A stretch of DNA of 64,000 bases from Eledone cirrhosa. Taxonomy: Eukaryota. The stretch lies in contig OZ024756.1 in NCBI GenBank assembly GCA_964016885.1, forward strand, positions 11,160,001-11,224,000, given 5' to 3'. The translations under genes were made by a program, and so were the position numbers. Position 1 is the first letter of the stretch; each line of letters begins with the position of its first letter. A model generated the notes under the pieces. The model made no database searches and was not told the origin of the DNA. It worked only from the letters and a program-made list of their open reading frames with translations. Below, in pieces: positions 41,074-55,699 of this stretch.

Positions 41074-41540
41074 AAAAGTCTTGACTTCATTGTTATTTTT
41101 GTATACAGTTGCTATGTGTATGCCTAAGTCTTTGTATTTTTGGTCATCTATATATCTACATCTCTTTTATCATAAGTTTGGCATCTTCAATAATAGAGAT
41201 TATTTCAGGTTTTCAATCCTGCTCAGTTTCCATATTTCTATCTCAGGCCTTTATATCATTGGGATAGTATTTCTTTTAGAGACATATTGGTTGCCTATTG
41301 GAATGGATGCATTGATTATGGGACATATTTCTTTGCCTCAACGTCTCTGAATATAATATCAAGGTGATTCTTCATAATCTCCCCGTCTATGGTAACCGTT
41401 GTCTCAGAATATGATCACTTTGTCATTCTCTGAAGCATTTGTGTGGAATGAGTTTTGGAGTTTCTACCAATGTTTTTCTCTCTTGTTAATTATCCACTGA
41501 AAAAAACCATCAGTACAATATGTGTGTTTGTGTGTGTGTG

Positions 41541-41609
<69 letters not shown>

Positions 41610-41698
41610 CCAAGTTAGAGTTTTCATACAATGAAAACTGTGGCCAGCATTATGAAATATTCACAGAAAAATGTTGGTACAATATATGAATACATATA

Positions 41699-42581
41699 CA
41701 GGATGCGGACGATATTTGTTTGCAAGATTACTGTCTAGGAAAAAATAATACAGTAGTTTATTTTTTAAGATATATTTATCAAACTTGGGTCAGGTTGTCT
41801 TCATGACTTGTTCTTTCGATCTCACTCGATAAACCTGCCATTGGCTTTGATGACGGCCTCAAGGCAGTTACAGGCCTTCATCACTGTCCCCCGACTTAGG
41901 CCCCTAAAGGCACTTGTGATCCTGGCCTTCAGATCGTCTTTCGTATTGCAGCTAGATCTGTTGGTGTCTCGTTCCACTGCGCCCCACACAAAGAAGTCGA
42001 GGGGGTTGCAGTCAGGCGAGCTGGGAGGCCAGATGTCAGGTGAAGTGTGGTCGACAAAGTTCTCTGACAACCAGGCTTGGGTCTTTCGGCTGGTATGGCA
42101 GGGCGTTGAGTCTTGCTGCCACACGTACGGCCTACCTGCAGCTACCTGGTTGGTCCAGGGCTTTACTACCTCGCTCAGAACGCGGATGTAACCATCGGTG
42201 TTCAGCTTGAGGCCCTCAGAGAAGAAGTGAGGTGGCATGACGTCACCTTCACTGCTGACGACACCACCTAAGACCAATGTTGTTGCTGGAAACTTTGTCT
42301 GCATTACTCTGGGCACATCTTTGGATGAGACAGCAAGCCACCTGTTGTTCTGGGAGTTGATCTTCTGGTCCTTATTTGTCCTCCCGGCGCGGATTCCAAG
42401 AAGAACTCCGTGTCTCTTCCACAAATTTGAAGGTTCAAAATTATTCATAATCAATTATTCTGAAAATAAATAATGGAAATATAGTCACTGTTTTTATGAA
42501 GACAAGAGTGACAACGGAAGTAAAAAAAATTTGCATAAAATTAGCAGTTGAAAATTGCGAACAAATATCGTCCACATAATG
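41699..42581 (-). mobile_element. Second internally deleted maT (DD37D) transposon, carrying a 210-aa deletion ORF (41822-42454)
   Basis: TA-CAGGATGCGGACGATATTTG ... CAAATATCGTCCACATAATG-TA; same deletion junction (RAGRTN/KDQKIN) as 17443-18333. Confidence 0.92.
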
Positions 42582-42705
42582 TATATATATGTATATATAA
42601 CGAAGACAGATGAGTTGCATTACGTTGAGTGCTCTCCATAATATTACATCGAAGTTGACCATACGGAATGACCAGTTCTATCCAGTGTTAAACCAACAAA
42701 CCTAA

Positions 42706-42773
<68 letters not shown>

Positions 42774-43019
42774 AAAATCCAAAATTACGATAAAATGAAT
42801 TAAATATAATTGAATATAATCTAAATCGAAATGATGGGTGTCATGTCGTAATGCATGCGCCATAAATCCTGGGAATTTAAGCTCAAAGATAAATCTGAGC
42901 ATATTATAATAACTAGAGGTTGATTAACATATAAATATACATGAATAAATTATCTCCTCTGATTATTCATGTATATTTATATGTTAATCAACCTCTAGTT
43001 ATTATATATATATATATAT

Positions 43020-43435
43020 ACAAGAGAAACTCGGCGTGGAATGGTGAATGATGGGGTCCATAATTTTGAGGACAGACGCATAGAGCACAAGAAGATCAAA
43101 CGGGATGTACGTAAGCAATGCCCTGGTGTATCGCTCGAAACGATCGGTGTCTCCATTAAATTGAAGTGCCCTGAGTGTGGAAAGAATTGCTTGAGCAAAT
43201 CTGGTCTCAGGAGCCACAGTCGCAGCCATGCTCAAAGAGAACCAGGGAATTATGATCTCCACGGTGTTGTGAGGGTTCACGGGCAACCTGATGCAGGACC
43301 TCATGCCAGGGAGATCCATAGTTGTCGTCAGTTTGTGAAGGAGTGCAAGTCTCTAGCAGGCTTGAAAAGCCATATCCGAGCACCACACATCTGAATCTGA
43401 CAAGTGATTGCAATAGTCTTAGCAGAGCTTGCAGC
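43020..43435 (+). pseudogene. RTE LINE 3' end with degenerate C2H2 fingers
   Basis: HKKIKRDVRK..KCPECGKNCLSKSGLRSHSRSH..ECKSLAGLKSHIR, similar to the 55708-58008 C-terminus. Confidence 0.8.
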
Positions 43436-43689
43436 CATCATATATACATACATATATGTATCATCATCATCATCATCTTCGTTTAACGTCCATTTTCCAC
43501 GCTAGCATGGGTTATATATATATATATATATACATATATATATGGTGGTGGCTGCCAACTCGTTTTCGAGTACGGCCACTACTTTATATCCATGTAGGAG
43601 AACCCCTACCGATGCGCTGAACGAGTGTGACTTTTTAGTCTAGCCAGCGACTTGAAAACTCTGGTACAAACACTACACTTGTGACAATT

Positions 43690-43960
43690 ATTGACACATA
43701 GTGCTGGGCCCATGGTACCATGTGACGACAAGTGCAGAGAGATCTCCAGATATAAAGCAATGCCTGTGCCGTGAAGCTTTTATAGTGAGCAAAGGCACTG
43801 CACAAAGCCAGTCCCACTCTCTTAACCAAGATGATATTTACCAAAAAGAAGAACTAGTCAACATCATTGGATACCATCAGGGTTGCAGGTGTTATATCAG
43901 AGTTTTCCTTCTCCTAGAATTCTGCCTTGACAAAGGCTAAGGGGTCATCTCTCCCGGTGA
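43690..43960 (-). mobile_element. Probable LINE 5'-region fragment (second diverged copy at ~48180-48385)
   Basis: Shared CACTG..GCCA(G/A)TCCCACTCTCT...ACATCAT...TGCCTTGACAAAGG(C/T)TA(A/G)GGG; the LINE assignment is inference. Confidence 0.45.
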
Positions 43961-44153
43961 TTTTGGATGGCCATTGACTCTTAAGAGCTCCTTTGCCCTT
44001 TGACAGGTTTTGTTTTTAGTCCTGCAGGATGTCCAAAGTCACCCTCCTCACCAAGAAACCTTGGTGGGGTTGCCAGTTTAGTCGCCATGACCTGACCATG
44101 AGACAGGTTGTACTGGGATACATATTACCAGTAGCACCAACTGGTGACCTGAC

Positions 44154-44184
<31 letters not shown>

Positions 44185-44214
44185 CACACATGTGTACATA
44201 TATATCATTTCATC

Positions 44215-44249
<35 letters not shown>

Positions 44250-44252
<3 letters not shown>

Positions 44253-44606
44253 CATTGGGCTTGCAATCGAAAGGGTGTGAGTTCAATTCTCAGACCGGGT
44301 GATGTGTTGTTTCCTTTAGCAAGACACTTTATTTCACATTGCTCCAGTTTACTCAGCTGTAGAAATGAGATGATAGGGACTGAGGTCCATATCATTCCAC
44401 TGCAAAGTGGTCATGGAGGTGCCACGGCAAAAAAGCACCCAGCACTCACTGTAAATGAGGTTGGTGTTAGGAAGGGCATCCAGCTGTAGAAATCAAGCCA
44501 GAATCAGTTCCTGTATGAGCAAGACAAGGTCAGCCGACCGGACACTGCCCACAACTCGTCTAACCCATGCTAGCGTGGAAGAATGGACGTAAAACGGTGA
44601 TGATGA
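44250..44606 (+). mobile_element. SINE family A (5' truncated, alternative tail)
   Basis: Family core; tail CTAACCCATGCTAGCGTGGAAGAATGGACGTAAAACGGTGATGATGA. Confidence 0.85.
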
Positions 44607-44638
44607 TATATATATATATATATATATGTATACACATA

Positions 44639-44686
<48 letters not shown>

Positions 44687-44688
44687 TA

Positions 44689-44731
<43 letters not shown>

Positions 44732-44793
44732 GTATATATATATATATATACACATATGTACATATATATATATATATATATACACATATGTAC

Positions 44794-44912
<119 letters not shown>

Positions 44913-44929
44913 GTATATATATATATATA

Positions 44930-47397
44930 AGTCTGTGGCTGGAGCAGGCCTGTAGGCAGGAGGAGAGTAACATGGTGGTGGAACAGTAAGGTGGAGGGGT
45001 CAATTAAGGCCAAAAAGCAGGCTTGGAAAGTATGGCGGGATGGGGGAAGTAGAGTAGACTATCAAGTGGCCAGGAGGGAAGCTAGGAGAGAAGTGTACTT
45101 AGCAAGAAGGGAAGCTGAGGAAAGAAAGTTCAAGCATGTCCTACAACGCGATGACCAAAAACGTGAGGTGTTCAGGATTGCTAGGCAATGCGTCAAGGAA
45201 AACCGTGATATTGTCGGGGAGAAGTGTGTACTTAACGATGATGGCATACTTGCCATCACCGACACTGATAAGAAGGTAGCTTGGAAGTGTCACTATGAAA
45301 GGCTACTAAATGAGGAGAATAAATGGGAGAAAGACAGTCTCCCCCATGTCGACCCAATAGAGGGACCAGCAGTGTTAGTCGAGGGGAGTATAATAAGTAA
45401 GGCAATCAAGGATATGAAGACAGGTAAGGCGGCTGGGCCTTCGGAAATAGTTGCTGAGATGCTGAAGGCATCTGGCACGGTGGGACACACCATGGTCACC
45501 CGCATAGTTAACCAAGTCGTACAGAATGGGGTTGTTCCGAAGGACTGGCATAGCAGCATCATCGTTAACTGTTATAAGGGTAAAGGAGACGCCCTAGATA
45601 GGAGTAACTATAGAGGCATTAAATTAATCGACCAGGTCATGAAGGTCACAGAAAAAGTAATAGCGCAACTAATCAGAGAGAGAATTGACCTAGATGAAAT
45701 GCAGTTCGGGTTTGTGTCAGGCAAAAGTACCACAGACGCTCTTTTCATAGTACGACAACTACAGGAGAAGTACCTAGCTAAAGGTAAACCCCTCTACTTA
45801 GCTTTTGTCGACTTGGAGAAAGCCTTCGACAGAGTCCCCCGCTCCATTATCTGGTGGGCTCTTAGAAAACTAGGCGTTGACGAATGGCTTGTGAGGGCTA
45901 TACAAGCCATGTATAAAGAAACAGTCAGCAAGGTTAGAATTAACAACGAATATAGTGAAGAGTTTAGCGTAAAGGTTGGTGTTCATCAGGGCTCCGTCCT
46001 TAGCCCCCTCCTATTTATTATTGCCCTTCAGGCTATAACAGAGGAGTTCAAGACAGGCTGCCCATGGGAACTCCTATACGCAGACGACCTGACACTCATA
46101 GCGGAATCAATGGCCGAGCTAGAGAAGAAATTCCAAACATGGAAGCACGGCCTAGAGTCAAAAGGACTTAAAATTAACCTGGCTAAGACCAAAGTTCTAG
46201 TTTGTAGGAAAGAAAACAAGGCGGCGGTCCCTTCTGGGAAATGGTCGTGCTCGGTGTGTAGGAAAGGCGTAGGTAGAAACTCCATTTTGTGTCCTAAATG
46301 CAAAGTATGGGTGCATAAAAGATGTAGTGGGATCACAGGTAAGCTAACTAAGAACATAGATTTTACATGTGGCCGGTGTTCTGGTGCAATAAGTAGCAGC
46401 AAGTGCCCACAAAATACTAGCTCTTTCAATTGCGCAGAGGGTTCTATAGAAATAGTGGACAGCTTCCGTTACCTGGGCGATAAAATCAGCAGTGGGGGAG
46501 GGTGCTCTGAAAGTACTGTAGCTAGAGTCAGAACTGGTTGGAAAAAGTTCAGAGAGCTTATACCACTATTAGCTGCTAAAGGGTTCTCCCTAAAAATGAA
46601 AGGCAGGTTGTACGATGCCTGCATACGAACAGCAATGTTGCATGGCAGTGAGACCTGGGCATTGTGTGCAGAGGATATACGCAGACTAGAGAGGAACGAA
46701 GCTTGCATGCTCCGCTGGATGTGTAACAGTAATATACGTGAACGGCAAAGCATAAACGAACTAAGGAAAAAATTAGAGATAAGAGGGATCAGATGTTGTT
46801 TACTCGAGAGAAGGCTACGTTGGTATGGACACGTGATGCGCATGAAAGTCGATAGCTGTATAACAAAGTGCAGGGCAATAAAGATAGACGGTAGCCACGG
46901 AATAGGCAGACCTAGAAAAACCTGGGACGAGCTGATAAACTCCGACCTCACACACTTACACCTCTCCAAGACAATGTCACTGGACCGAGACCTTTGGCGG
47001 TACTCAGTAACAGAGAAGACCCGCCTTGCCAGTAGGCATCTCTAACAAAATACACCCCGTCCCACCACCCCCACCCCCACCCCATCCACACCACCCCGTT
47101 CTATGTAAAGTTATGTTGGTGCCGCGCCATCCGGGCCGAAACAAATGAGATCGTGTAGGTGTCACGACAAAAAAACACATAGTCCACGCTGTAATGTGGC
47201 CGTGTAGGCAACACGGTAAAAACCTCCCAGACCCGCACTGTAAATGTGGTTGGTGTTAGGAAGGGCATCCAACTGTAGAAAACCTGCCAGACAGTCCTAT
47301 GCGAGCAAGACAATCACTCTTGCCTCAAGTGGGACTACCCCCGTCCAAACCCATGCAAGCGTGGAACACGGACGTTAAACGTTGATGATGATGATGA

Positions 47398-47400
<3 letters not shown>
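44930..47400 (+). mobile_element. 5'-truncated RTE-clade LINE
   Basis: Uninterrupted RT frame, 3' UTR and (GAT)n tail, inserted between (TA)n tracts. Confidence 0.95.
44991..47045 (+). CDS. RTE reverse transcriptase (5'-truncated, open frame) with internal PHD-like Cys/His cluster
   Basis: [85 protein letters not shown]. Confidence 0.93.
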   Translation: MEGSIKAKKQAWKVWRDGGSRVDYQVARREARREVYLARREAEERKFKHVLQRDDQKREVFRIARQCVKENRDIVGEKCVLNDDGILAITDTDKKVAWKCHYERLLNEENKWEKDSLPHVDPIEGPAVLVEGSIISKAIKDMKTGKAAGPSEIVAEMLKASGTVGHTMVTRIVNQVVQNGVVPKDWHSSIIVNCYKGKGDALDRSNYRGIKLIDQVMKVTEKVIAQLIRERIDLDEMQFGFVSGKSTTDALFIVRQLQEKYLAKGKPLYLAFVDLEKAFDRVPRSIIWWALRKLGVDEWLVRAIQAMYKETVSKVRINNEYSEEFSVKVGVHQGSVLSPLLFIIALQAITEEFKTGCPWELLYADDLTLIAESMAELEKKFQTWKHGLESKGLKINLAKTKVLVCRKENKAAVPSGKWSCSVCRKGVGRNSILCPKCKVWVHKRCSGITGKLTKNIDFTCGRCSGAISSSKCPQNTSSFNCAEGSIEIVDSFRYLGDKISSGGGCSESTVARVRTGWKKFRELIPLLAAKGFSLKMKGRLYDACIRTAMLHGSETWALCAEDIRRLERNEACMLRWMCNSNIRERQSINELRKKLEIRGIRCCLLERRLRWYGHVMRMKVDSCITKCRAIKIDGSHGIGRPRKTWDELINSDLTHLHLSKTMSLDRDLWRYSVTEKTRLASRHL

Positions 47401-47489
<89 letters not shown>

Positions 47490-47518
47490 GTATATATATA
47501 TATATATATACACATATG

Positions 47519-47549
<31 letters not shown>

Positions 47550-47690
47550 GTATATATATATATATATATATACACATATGTACATATATATATATATATA
47601 CACATATGTACATATATATATATATATACACATATGTACATATATATATATATATACACATATGTACATATATATATATATAAACACATA

Positions 47691-47741
<51 letters not shown>

Positions 47742-47839
47742 GTATATATATGTATATATACACATATGTATATATATTGTACATATATATATATATATAC
47801 ACATATGTACATATATATATATATATATATATACACATA

Positions 47840-47902
<63 letters not shown>

Positions 47903-47934
47903 GTTATTCCAGGTTGAATCGGAGATAACCACAG

Positions 47935-47981
47935 ATTCCTGATGATTTCTAAAGAATGAAACAGTTCTAGTCATGTAGAAT
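47935..47981 (+). ncRNA. Solo type I hammerhead fold related to the 310-bp array ribozyme
   Basis: ATTC-CTGATGA(47939)-TTTCTAAAGAAT-GAAA(47958)-CA...T-GTA-GAAT. Confidence 0.6.
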
Positions 47982-47985
47982 GTCA

Positions 47986-48027
<42 letters not shown>

Positions 48028-48649
48028 TAAAAGATCAGAGACCATATTCAGCTGATTCAGACACTGTTATACATATTTTGCTAAGGGTTATCAGTTATGA
48101 TAGCCTGAGTTCTCCAGACAGTATATATATATATAGAAACAAAGTGGAGATGTTACATAAGAAATTTATTACTCAATCCTGGCTCAGTGAGGAAAGACTG
48201 TACACTGAGCCAATCCCACTCTCTGAGCGACAGTAGCTATAACCCTAAAAGAAGAAAAGATCAACATCATCGGTAACTACTGAGCCGCAGGTTTTATGTC
48301 GGAGTTATCCCAGTTTCCTGAGTTGCCTTCTTCTAGAAGAATGCCTTGACAAAGGTTAGGGGTCCTTCACTCCCAGTGGTTTAACTACGCGGTACATGTC
48401 TATATACATATTTACACACTTTTGGATAGCCGTTGGCTCTTATGATTTCTTCCGCCCTTTGTATACATACATACATACATACATATATATACATACACAT
48501 ACATACATAAACATAAATACATACATACCAGTGGTGAAGGGTAACCTGGAAAGCAGGGCATGCAGCCTTACCCCCCCCCCCAATTCACTCTAAATGACCC
48601 TCCCGGTCAAAGCCGCATGTAGTGTTATCTAGTGTGTGTGTGTGTCTGT

Positions 48650-48845
48650 GTGTTATCTTTTTATGTGTCTATACGATTTAGTAAGCAGCCAAAATTCTGC
48701 TTGCTTCAATCGACGCTGTCGTGTGTTTGTGTGAGTGTGTGTGTGTGTGTGAGTGTGTGTGTGTGTGTGTGAGTGTGTGTGTGTGTTATCTTTTTATGTG
48801 TCTACGATTTAGTAAGCAGTCAAAATTCTGCTTGCCCCAAAGCTG

Positions 48846-48888
<43 letters not shown>

Positions 48889-49073
48889 CTTTTTATGTGT
48901 CTACGATTTAGTAAGCAGCCAAAATTCTGCTTGCTTCAATCGACGCTGTCGTGTGTTTGTGTGTGTGTGTGTGTGTGTGAGTGTGTGTGTGTGTGTGTGA
49001 GTGTGTGTGTGTGTTATCTTTTTATGTGTCTACGATTTAGTAAGCAGTCAAAATTCTGCTTGCCCCAAAGCTG

Positions 49074-49110
<37 letters not shown>

Positions 49111-49174
49111 CTTTTTATGTGTCTACGATTTAGTAAGCAGCCAAAATTCTGCTTGCTTCAATCGACGCTGTCGT

Positions 49175-49244
<70 letters not shown>

Positions 49245-49310
49245 GTTATCTTTTTATGTGTCTATACGTTTTAGTAAGCAGCCAAAATTCTGCTTGCTTC
49301 AACCGACGCA
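48650..49310. repeat. Six ~65-bp units (A/B variants) separated by variable (GT)n
   Basis: GTTATCTTTTTATGTGTCTACGATTTAGTAAGCAG at ~48652, 48785, 48883, 49013, 49105, 49245. Confidence 0.9.
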
Positions 49311-49634
49311 ATTGATCAACTCAAGATTCTATAACGTATGCATTGCATGCGTTGCATGCACAGGCCTTCCCCCCTGATACATACATACATACATACATAC
49401 ACACATATAGTAGTGTTTAACACACTATCATGAAGATATTGTTATTTGTGTTAATATCATTGTGTTATATGTGTAGTTGTTATGTAATGAAAGTGGAATT
49501 AGTGTTGATAATACGTGAAAGCAACCGAAAGGAATATTAATGTAGAGCAGAAATATATTCTGGGCTAGGGAGAGAGAGATAAGAGGTTTCCACATAGAAA
49601 TACTGAAATATTAATTAACGACAAGATATCTCAT

Positions 49635-52600
49635 ACACACACATACTTACAGAGACACACATACTTACATACTTACAGAGAGACACACACTCACATATAT
49701 ACATACATACACATACTTACAGACACACACATACTTACAGACAGGCACATACCCACATATATACATACACACACATACATACATACACTCACATACATAC
49801 ACATACATACTTACAGACACACACACACTCACATATATAAATACACACACATACTTACAGACACACACATAGTTACAGACAGGCACACACTCACATACAT
49901 ACATACACACACATACTTACAGACAGGCACACACTCACATACATACAGACACACACATACTTACAGACACACACATACTTACAGACAGACACACACATAC
50001 TTACAGACAGACACACACTCACATATATACAGACACACACTCATATATATACATACAGACACACACATACTTACAGACAGGCACACACTCACATATATAC
50101 AGACACACACTCATATATATACATACAGACACACACATATATACAGACACACACATACTTACAGACAGGCACACACTCACATATATACAGACACACACTC
50201 ATATATATATATACAGACACACACATACATACATACACACACATACTTACAGACAGACACACACTCACATACTTACAGACAGGCACACACTCACATATAT
50301 ACTTACAGACACACACATACATACATACACACACATACTTACAGACACACATATAGTTACAGACAGACACACAGTGACATACATATACATACAGACACAC
50401 ACATACTTACAGACAGACACACACTCACATACATACATACACACACATACTTACAGACAGACACACACATACTTACAGACAGACACACACTCACATACAT
50501 ACATACACACACATACTTACAGACAGACACACACATACTTACAGACAGACACACACTCACATACATACATACACACACATACTTACAGACAGACACACAC
50601 TCACATACATACATACATACACATACTTACAGACAGACACACACTCACATATATACATACACACACACATACTTACAGACAGGCACACACTCACATACAT
50701 ACATACACACACATACTTACAGACAGGCACACACTCACATACATACATACACACACATACTTACAGACAGGCACACACTCACATACATACATACACACAC
50801 ATACTTACAGACAGGCACACACTCACATACATACATACACACACATACTTACAGACAGACACACACTCACATATATACATACACACACATACTTACAGAC
50901 AGACACACACTCACATATATACATACATACACATACTTACAGACAGACACACACTCACATACATACATACATACACATACTTACAGACAGACACACACAT
51001 ACTTACAGACAGGCACACACCCTCATATATACATAGACACACACATATACACATACATACACATACTTACAGACACACACACTCACATATATACATACAC
51101 ACACATACATACTTACAGACAGACACACACTCACATATATACATACACACACATACATACTTAGAGACAGACACACACTCACATACATACAGACACACAC
51201 ATACTTACAGACAGACACACACTCACATATATACATACACACACATACATACTTAGAGACAGACACACACTCACATACATACATACACACACATACTTAC
51301 AGACAGACACACACTCACATATAAACATACACACACACATACTTACAGACAGACACACACTCACATACATACATACATACATACACATACTTACAGACAG
51401 ACACACACTCACATATAAACATACACACACACATACTTACAGACAGACACACACTCACATACATACAGACACACACACATACTTACAGACAGACACACAC
51501 TCACATACATACATATAGACACACACATACATACAGACACACACTCACATACATACATACAGACACACACATACTTACAGACAGACACACACTCACATAC
51601 ATACACACACATACTTAGACAGACACACACTCACATACATACATACATACAGACACACATATACATACAGACAGACACACACACTCACATATATAGATGC
51701 AGACACACACATACTTACAGACAAGCACACACTCACATACATACATACACACACATACTTACAGACAGACACACACTCACATACATACAGACACACACAT
51801 ACTTACAGACAGACACACACTCACATACACACATACTTACAGACAGGCACACACTCACATACATACAGACACACATACTCACATACATACATACATACAT
51901 ACACACACACACATACTTACAGACAGACACACACTCACATACATACATACATACAGACACACACTCACATACATACAGACACACACACTCACATACATAC
52001 ATACACACACACACATACTTACAGACAGGCACACACTCACATACATACATACACACATACTTACAGACAGACACACACTCACATATATACATGCAGACAC
52101 ACACATACTTACAGACAGACACACACTCACATACATACAGACACACACATACTTACAGACAGGCACACACTCACATACATACATACTTACAGACAGACAC
52201 ACACATACTTACAGACAGACACACACTCACATATATACATGCAGACACACACATACTTACAGACAGGCACACACTCACATACATACTTACAGACAGACAC
52301 ACACTCACATACATACAGACACACACACTCACATACATACAGACACACACACATACATACAGACAGACACACACACACATACATACAGACACACATACTT
52401 ACAGACAGACACACACTCACATACATACATACAGACACACACATACTTACAGACAGGCACACACTCACATACATACATACTTACAGACAGACACACACAT
52501 ACTTACAGACAGACACACACTCACATATATACATGCAGACACACACATACTTACAGACAGGCACACACTCACATACATACATACTTACAGACAGACACAC

Positions 52601-53515
52601 ACTCACATACATACAGACACACACACTCACATACATACAGACACACACACATACATACAGACAGACACACACACACATACATACAGACACACATACTTAC
52701 AGACAGACACACACTCACATACATACATACAGACACACACATACTTACAGACATACACACACTCACATACACACATACATACAGACAGACACACACTCAC
52801 ATACATACATACAGACACACACATACTTACAGACATACACACACTCACATACACACATACATACAGACAGACACACACTCACATACATACATACAGATAC
52901 ACACATACTTACAGACAGACACACACTCACATACACACATACATACAGACAGACACACCACACACTCACACATACATACATACATACAGACACAGACACA
53001 TGCTCACACACACACACACATGCATGCATACATACACACAGACACCACACACTCACACACATACATACACACAGACACACACCACACACTACACCACACC
53101 ACACTACACCATACTACACCACACCCCACCATACTACACCACACTACACTACACCACAACACCACACACTACACCACACCACTACACCTCACTACACCAC
53201 ACCACTACACCACACTACACCACACCACACCACACCACACCACACCACACCACACCACACTACACCACACCACCATACCACACCACAACACCACACACTA
53301 CACCATACTACACCACAATACACCACACCACACCACACCACACCATACTACACCACACTACACCACACTACACCACACCACACTACACCACCACACTACA
53401 CCATACTACACCACACTACAACACACCACACCACATCACCACACACCACACTACACACAACACACCACACCACATCACCACACACCACACCACCACACCA
53501 AACCACACACCACAA
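49635..53515. repeat. Complex CA-rich low-complexity array (ACTTACAGACAGACACACAC motifs, then CACCA/CACTA)
   Basis: Direct reading. Confidence 0.95.
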
Positions 53516-53562
53516 CGAATGAAAGGAATGTTTAGGTATACGCATTTTATATCATTATTTAA

Positions 53563-53769
53563 CCCTTTAATGTTCAAACCGGCCAAAATCTACATCTTTC
53601 TGTTCAAACCAGCTGTAACTGGTCACTCAAACTGATGTTAAGGTATTGTTCTCAAAATAAATACTTTCAAAATCTTATAGATGCGATATTATGTGAGATA
53701 ATTATGTGAGATAAAGCCTTTACCATGAAAATATAATAGTATATATAGAGTAATGTGAATGCTAAAGGG
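53563..53769. mobile_element. piggyBac-type MITE
   Basis: TTAA|CCCTTTA ... TAAAGGG|TTAA termini. Confidence 0.7.
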
Positions 53770-54084
53770 TTAAAACAGTTTTTCTTTTTCATCGTATAAC
53801 CAGAGAAGGTTTCAGGTAGTTTTAATATCATTAAATGAATTTAAATAGTAAAATAACTAAAAAGAAATGTAATTGATTTGACATTTTTTTGTTTTTTTAA
53901 ATTCGATTTTAATTTGAGTTCAAATTACAATTACAGTGTTTTGTAATATGTTCCAATATTACGAAAACATCTGTTTCATTAGTACTTGAAATTTCAAACT
54001 TGGGTTTATTTTATGGAAATTTTTAGGACTACATAAATCTTTGAAGTATGTGCCACGAGCCAGTGTTTGATATTCTCTGAGTCT

Positions 54085-54437
54085 GAGTAAAGCCTTTACT
54101 GTGAAAATACAATAGTATATATAGAGTAATGTGAATGTTGTGTGAGATATTATGTGAGGTAAAGCCTTTACTGTGAAAATACAATAGTATATAGAGAGAA
54201 ATGTGAATGTTGTGTGAGATATTATGTGAGGTAAAGCCTTTACTGTGAAAATACAATAGTATATATAGAGTAATGTGAATGTTGTGTGAGATATTATGTG
54301 AGGTAAAGCCTTTACTGTGAAAATACAATAGTATATATAAAGTAATGTAAATGTTGTGTGAGATATTAAGTGAGGTAAAGCCTTTAATGTGAAAATACAA
54401 TAGTATATAGAGAGAAATGTGAATGCTAAAGGGTTAA
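54085..54437. repeat. 72-bp tandem amplification (~4.7 copies) of that MITE's subterminal region, ending GCTAAAGGG-TTAA
   Basis: GTAAAGCCTTTA at ~54087, 54159, 54231, 54303, 54375. Confidence 0.85.
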
Positions 54438-55019
54438 AGCTAAAAGCCAGACAAAAGGAAATAATTTGGTAATAGCACCTCCAATGAGAAAAGTTTATTT
54501 GTGAGTGCCTGTTAAAACTCATGAAAATATACCGACAGGAAACTTGTCTTATTTGGAGAAAATTAAGAAAGTACAGTTTAACTATCTCCGTCCATTGTTC
54601 ATAGAAATATTGTTGAGCCCCTTCTTTTCATACTCCTCTGTTTTGGCCTTTTGGAGTAAATGTGAAAGAGAAAGTCACAGGCTAAGTTGGCAGAAGGTTC
54701 CTGTGTCATAGCAGTAAGGCGTAAGCTACTTACCTCAAAAGTTCATTCGCACTCTTTCCACTAAGTTACTCTTTCTCTCTATCCCTCTTGGTACAGTCCC
54801 TTGCGAATTTCTCGCGTAGGCCTGGTGTAGATTTGCACCCAATCCATCTGCCCGATGCACATGTCCGCTTTGTACAGCTTTTGGAGGAAGGAGTGACCAG
54901 CAGTAAGTTGTTTGGTGTTATTACGAAAAGGTGTAGCAGAGAATCCCGCGTGAACTAACAGCTCGGGAGGAAACTGCTTACCTCGAAGATTCATTCACCA
55001 TCGTTCTTGTCAACGCTCC

Positions 55020-55346
55020 GGGAACTGATTCTGGTTTGATTTCTACAGCTGGATGCCCTTCCTAACACCAACCTCATTTACAGTGAGTGCTGAGTGCTTT
55101 TTTTCCATGATGCCTCCACGACCACTTTACATTGTGGGCTGGGTGCTTTTTTGCCGTGGCACCTCCATGACCACTTTACAGTGGAATGATAGGGACCCCA
55201 GTCCTGTCATCTCATTTCTACAGCTGAGTAAACTGGAGCAATGTGAAATAAAGTGTCTTGCTCAAGGAAACAATACATCACCCAGTCTGAGAATTGAACT
55301 CACAACCTTTCGATTGCAAGGCCAATGCTCTAACCACTGAGCCATG

Positions 55347-55347
<1 letters not shown>
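55020..55347 (-). mobile_element. SINE family A (inside the left copy of the ~480-bp duplication)
   Basis: Appears identical to 58034-58360. Confidence 0.9.
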
Positions 55348-55417
<70 letters not shown>

Positions 55418-55463
55418 TTAGATTTTTTATTTCATTGTTTTAACACATATATATATATATATA

Positions 55464-55530
55464 TGATGGCTGCCCCCTCGTTATCGAGTATGGCCATTGC
55501 ACAATAAAAAAAAAAAAAAAAAAAAAAAAA

Positions 55531-55582
<52 letters not shown>

Positions 55583-55661
55583 GCAATAATAATAATAACG
55601 ACAACAACAATAATAATATACATATTCATATATATATACACACACACGCACGCACATAAGC

Positions 55662-55699
<38 letters not shown>

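Noticed and set aside
48180-48385. Possible HDV-like ribozyme in a LINE 5'-region fragment
   Set aside because: I could not build the nested double pseudoknot by eye; it needs a descriptor search
48650-49310. CRISPR-like repeat/spacer appearance (also considered for the 84-, 63- and 310-bp arrays)
   Set aside because: Spacers are (GT)n or absent, there are no unique spacers or cas genes, and the context is eukaryotic
54720-55020. GC-richer segment with faint LINE C-terminal-like peptides on the minus strand
   Set aside because: Too degenerate to assign without a database search
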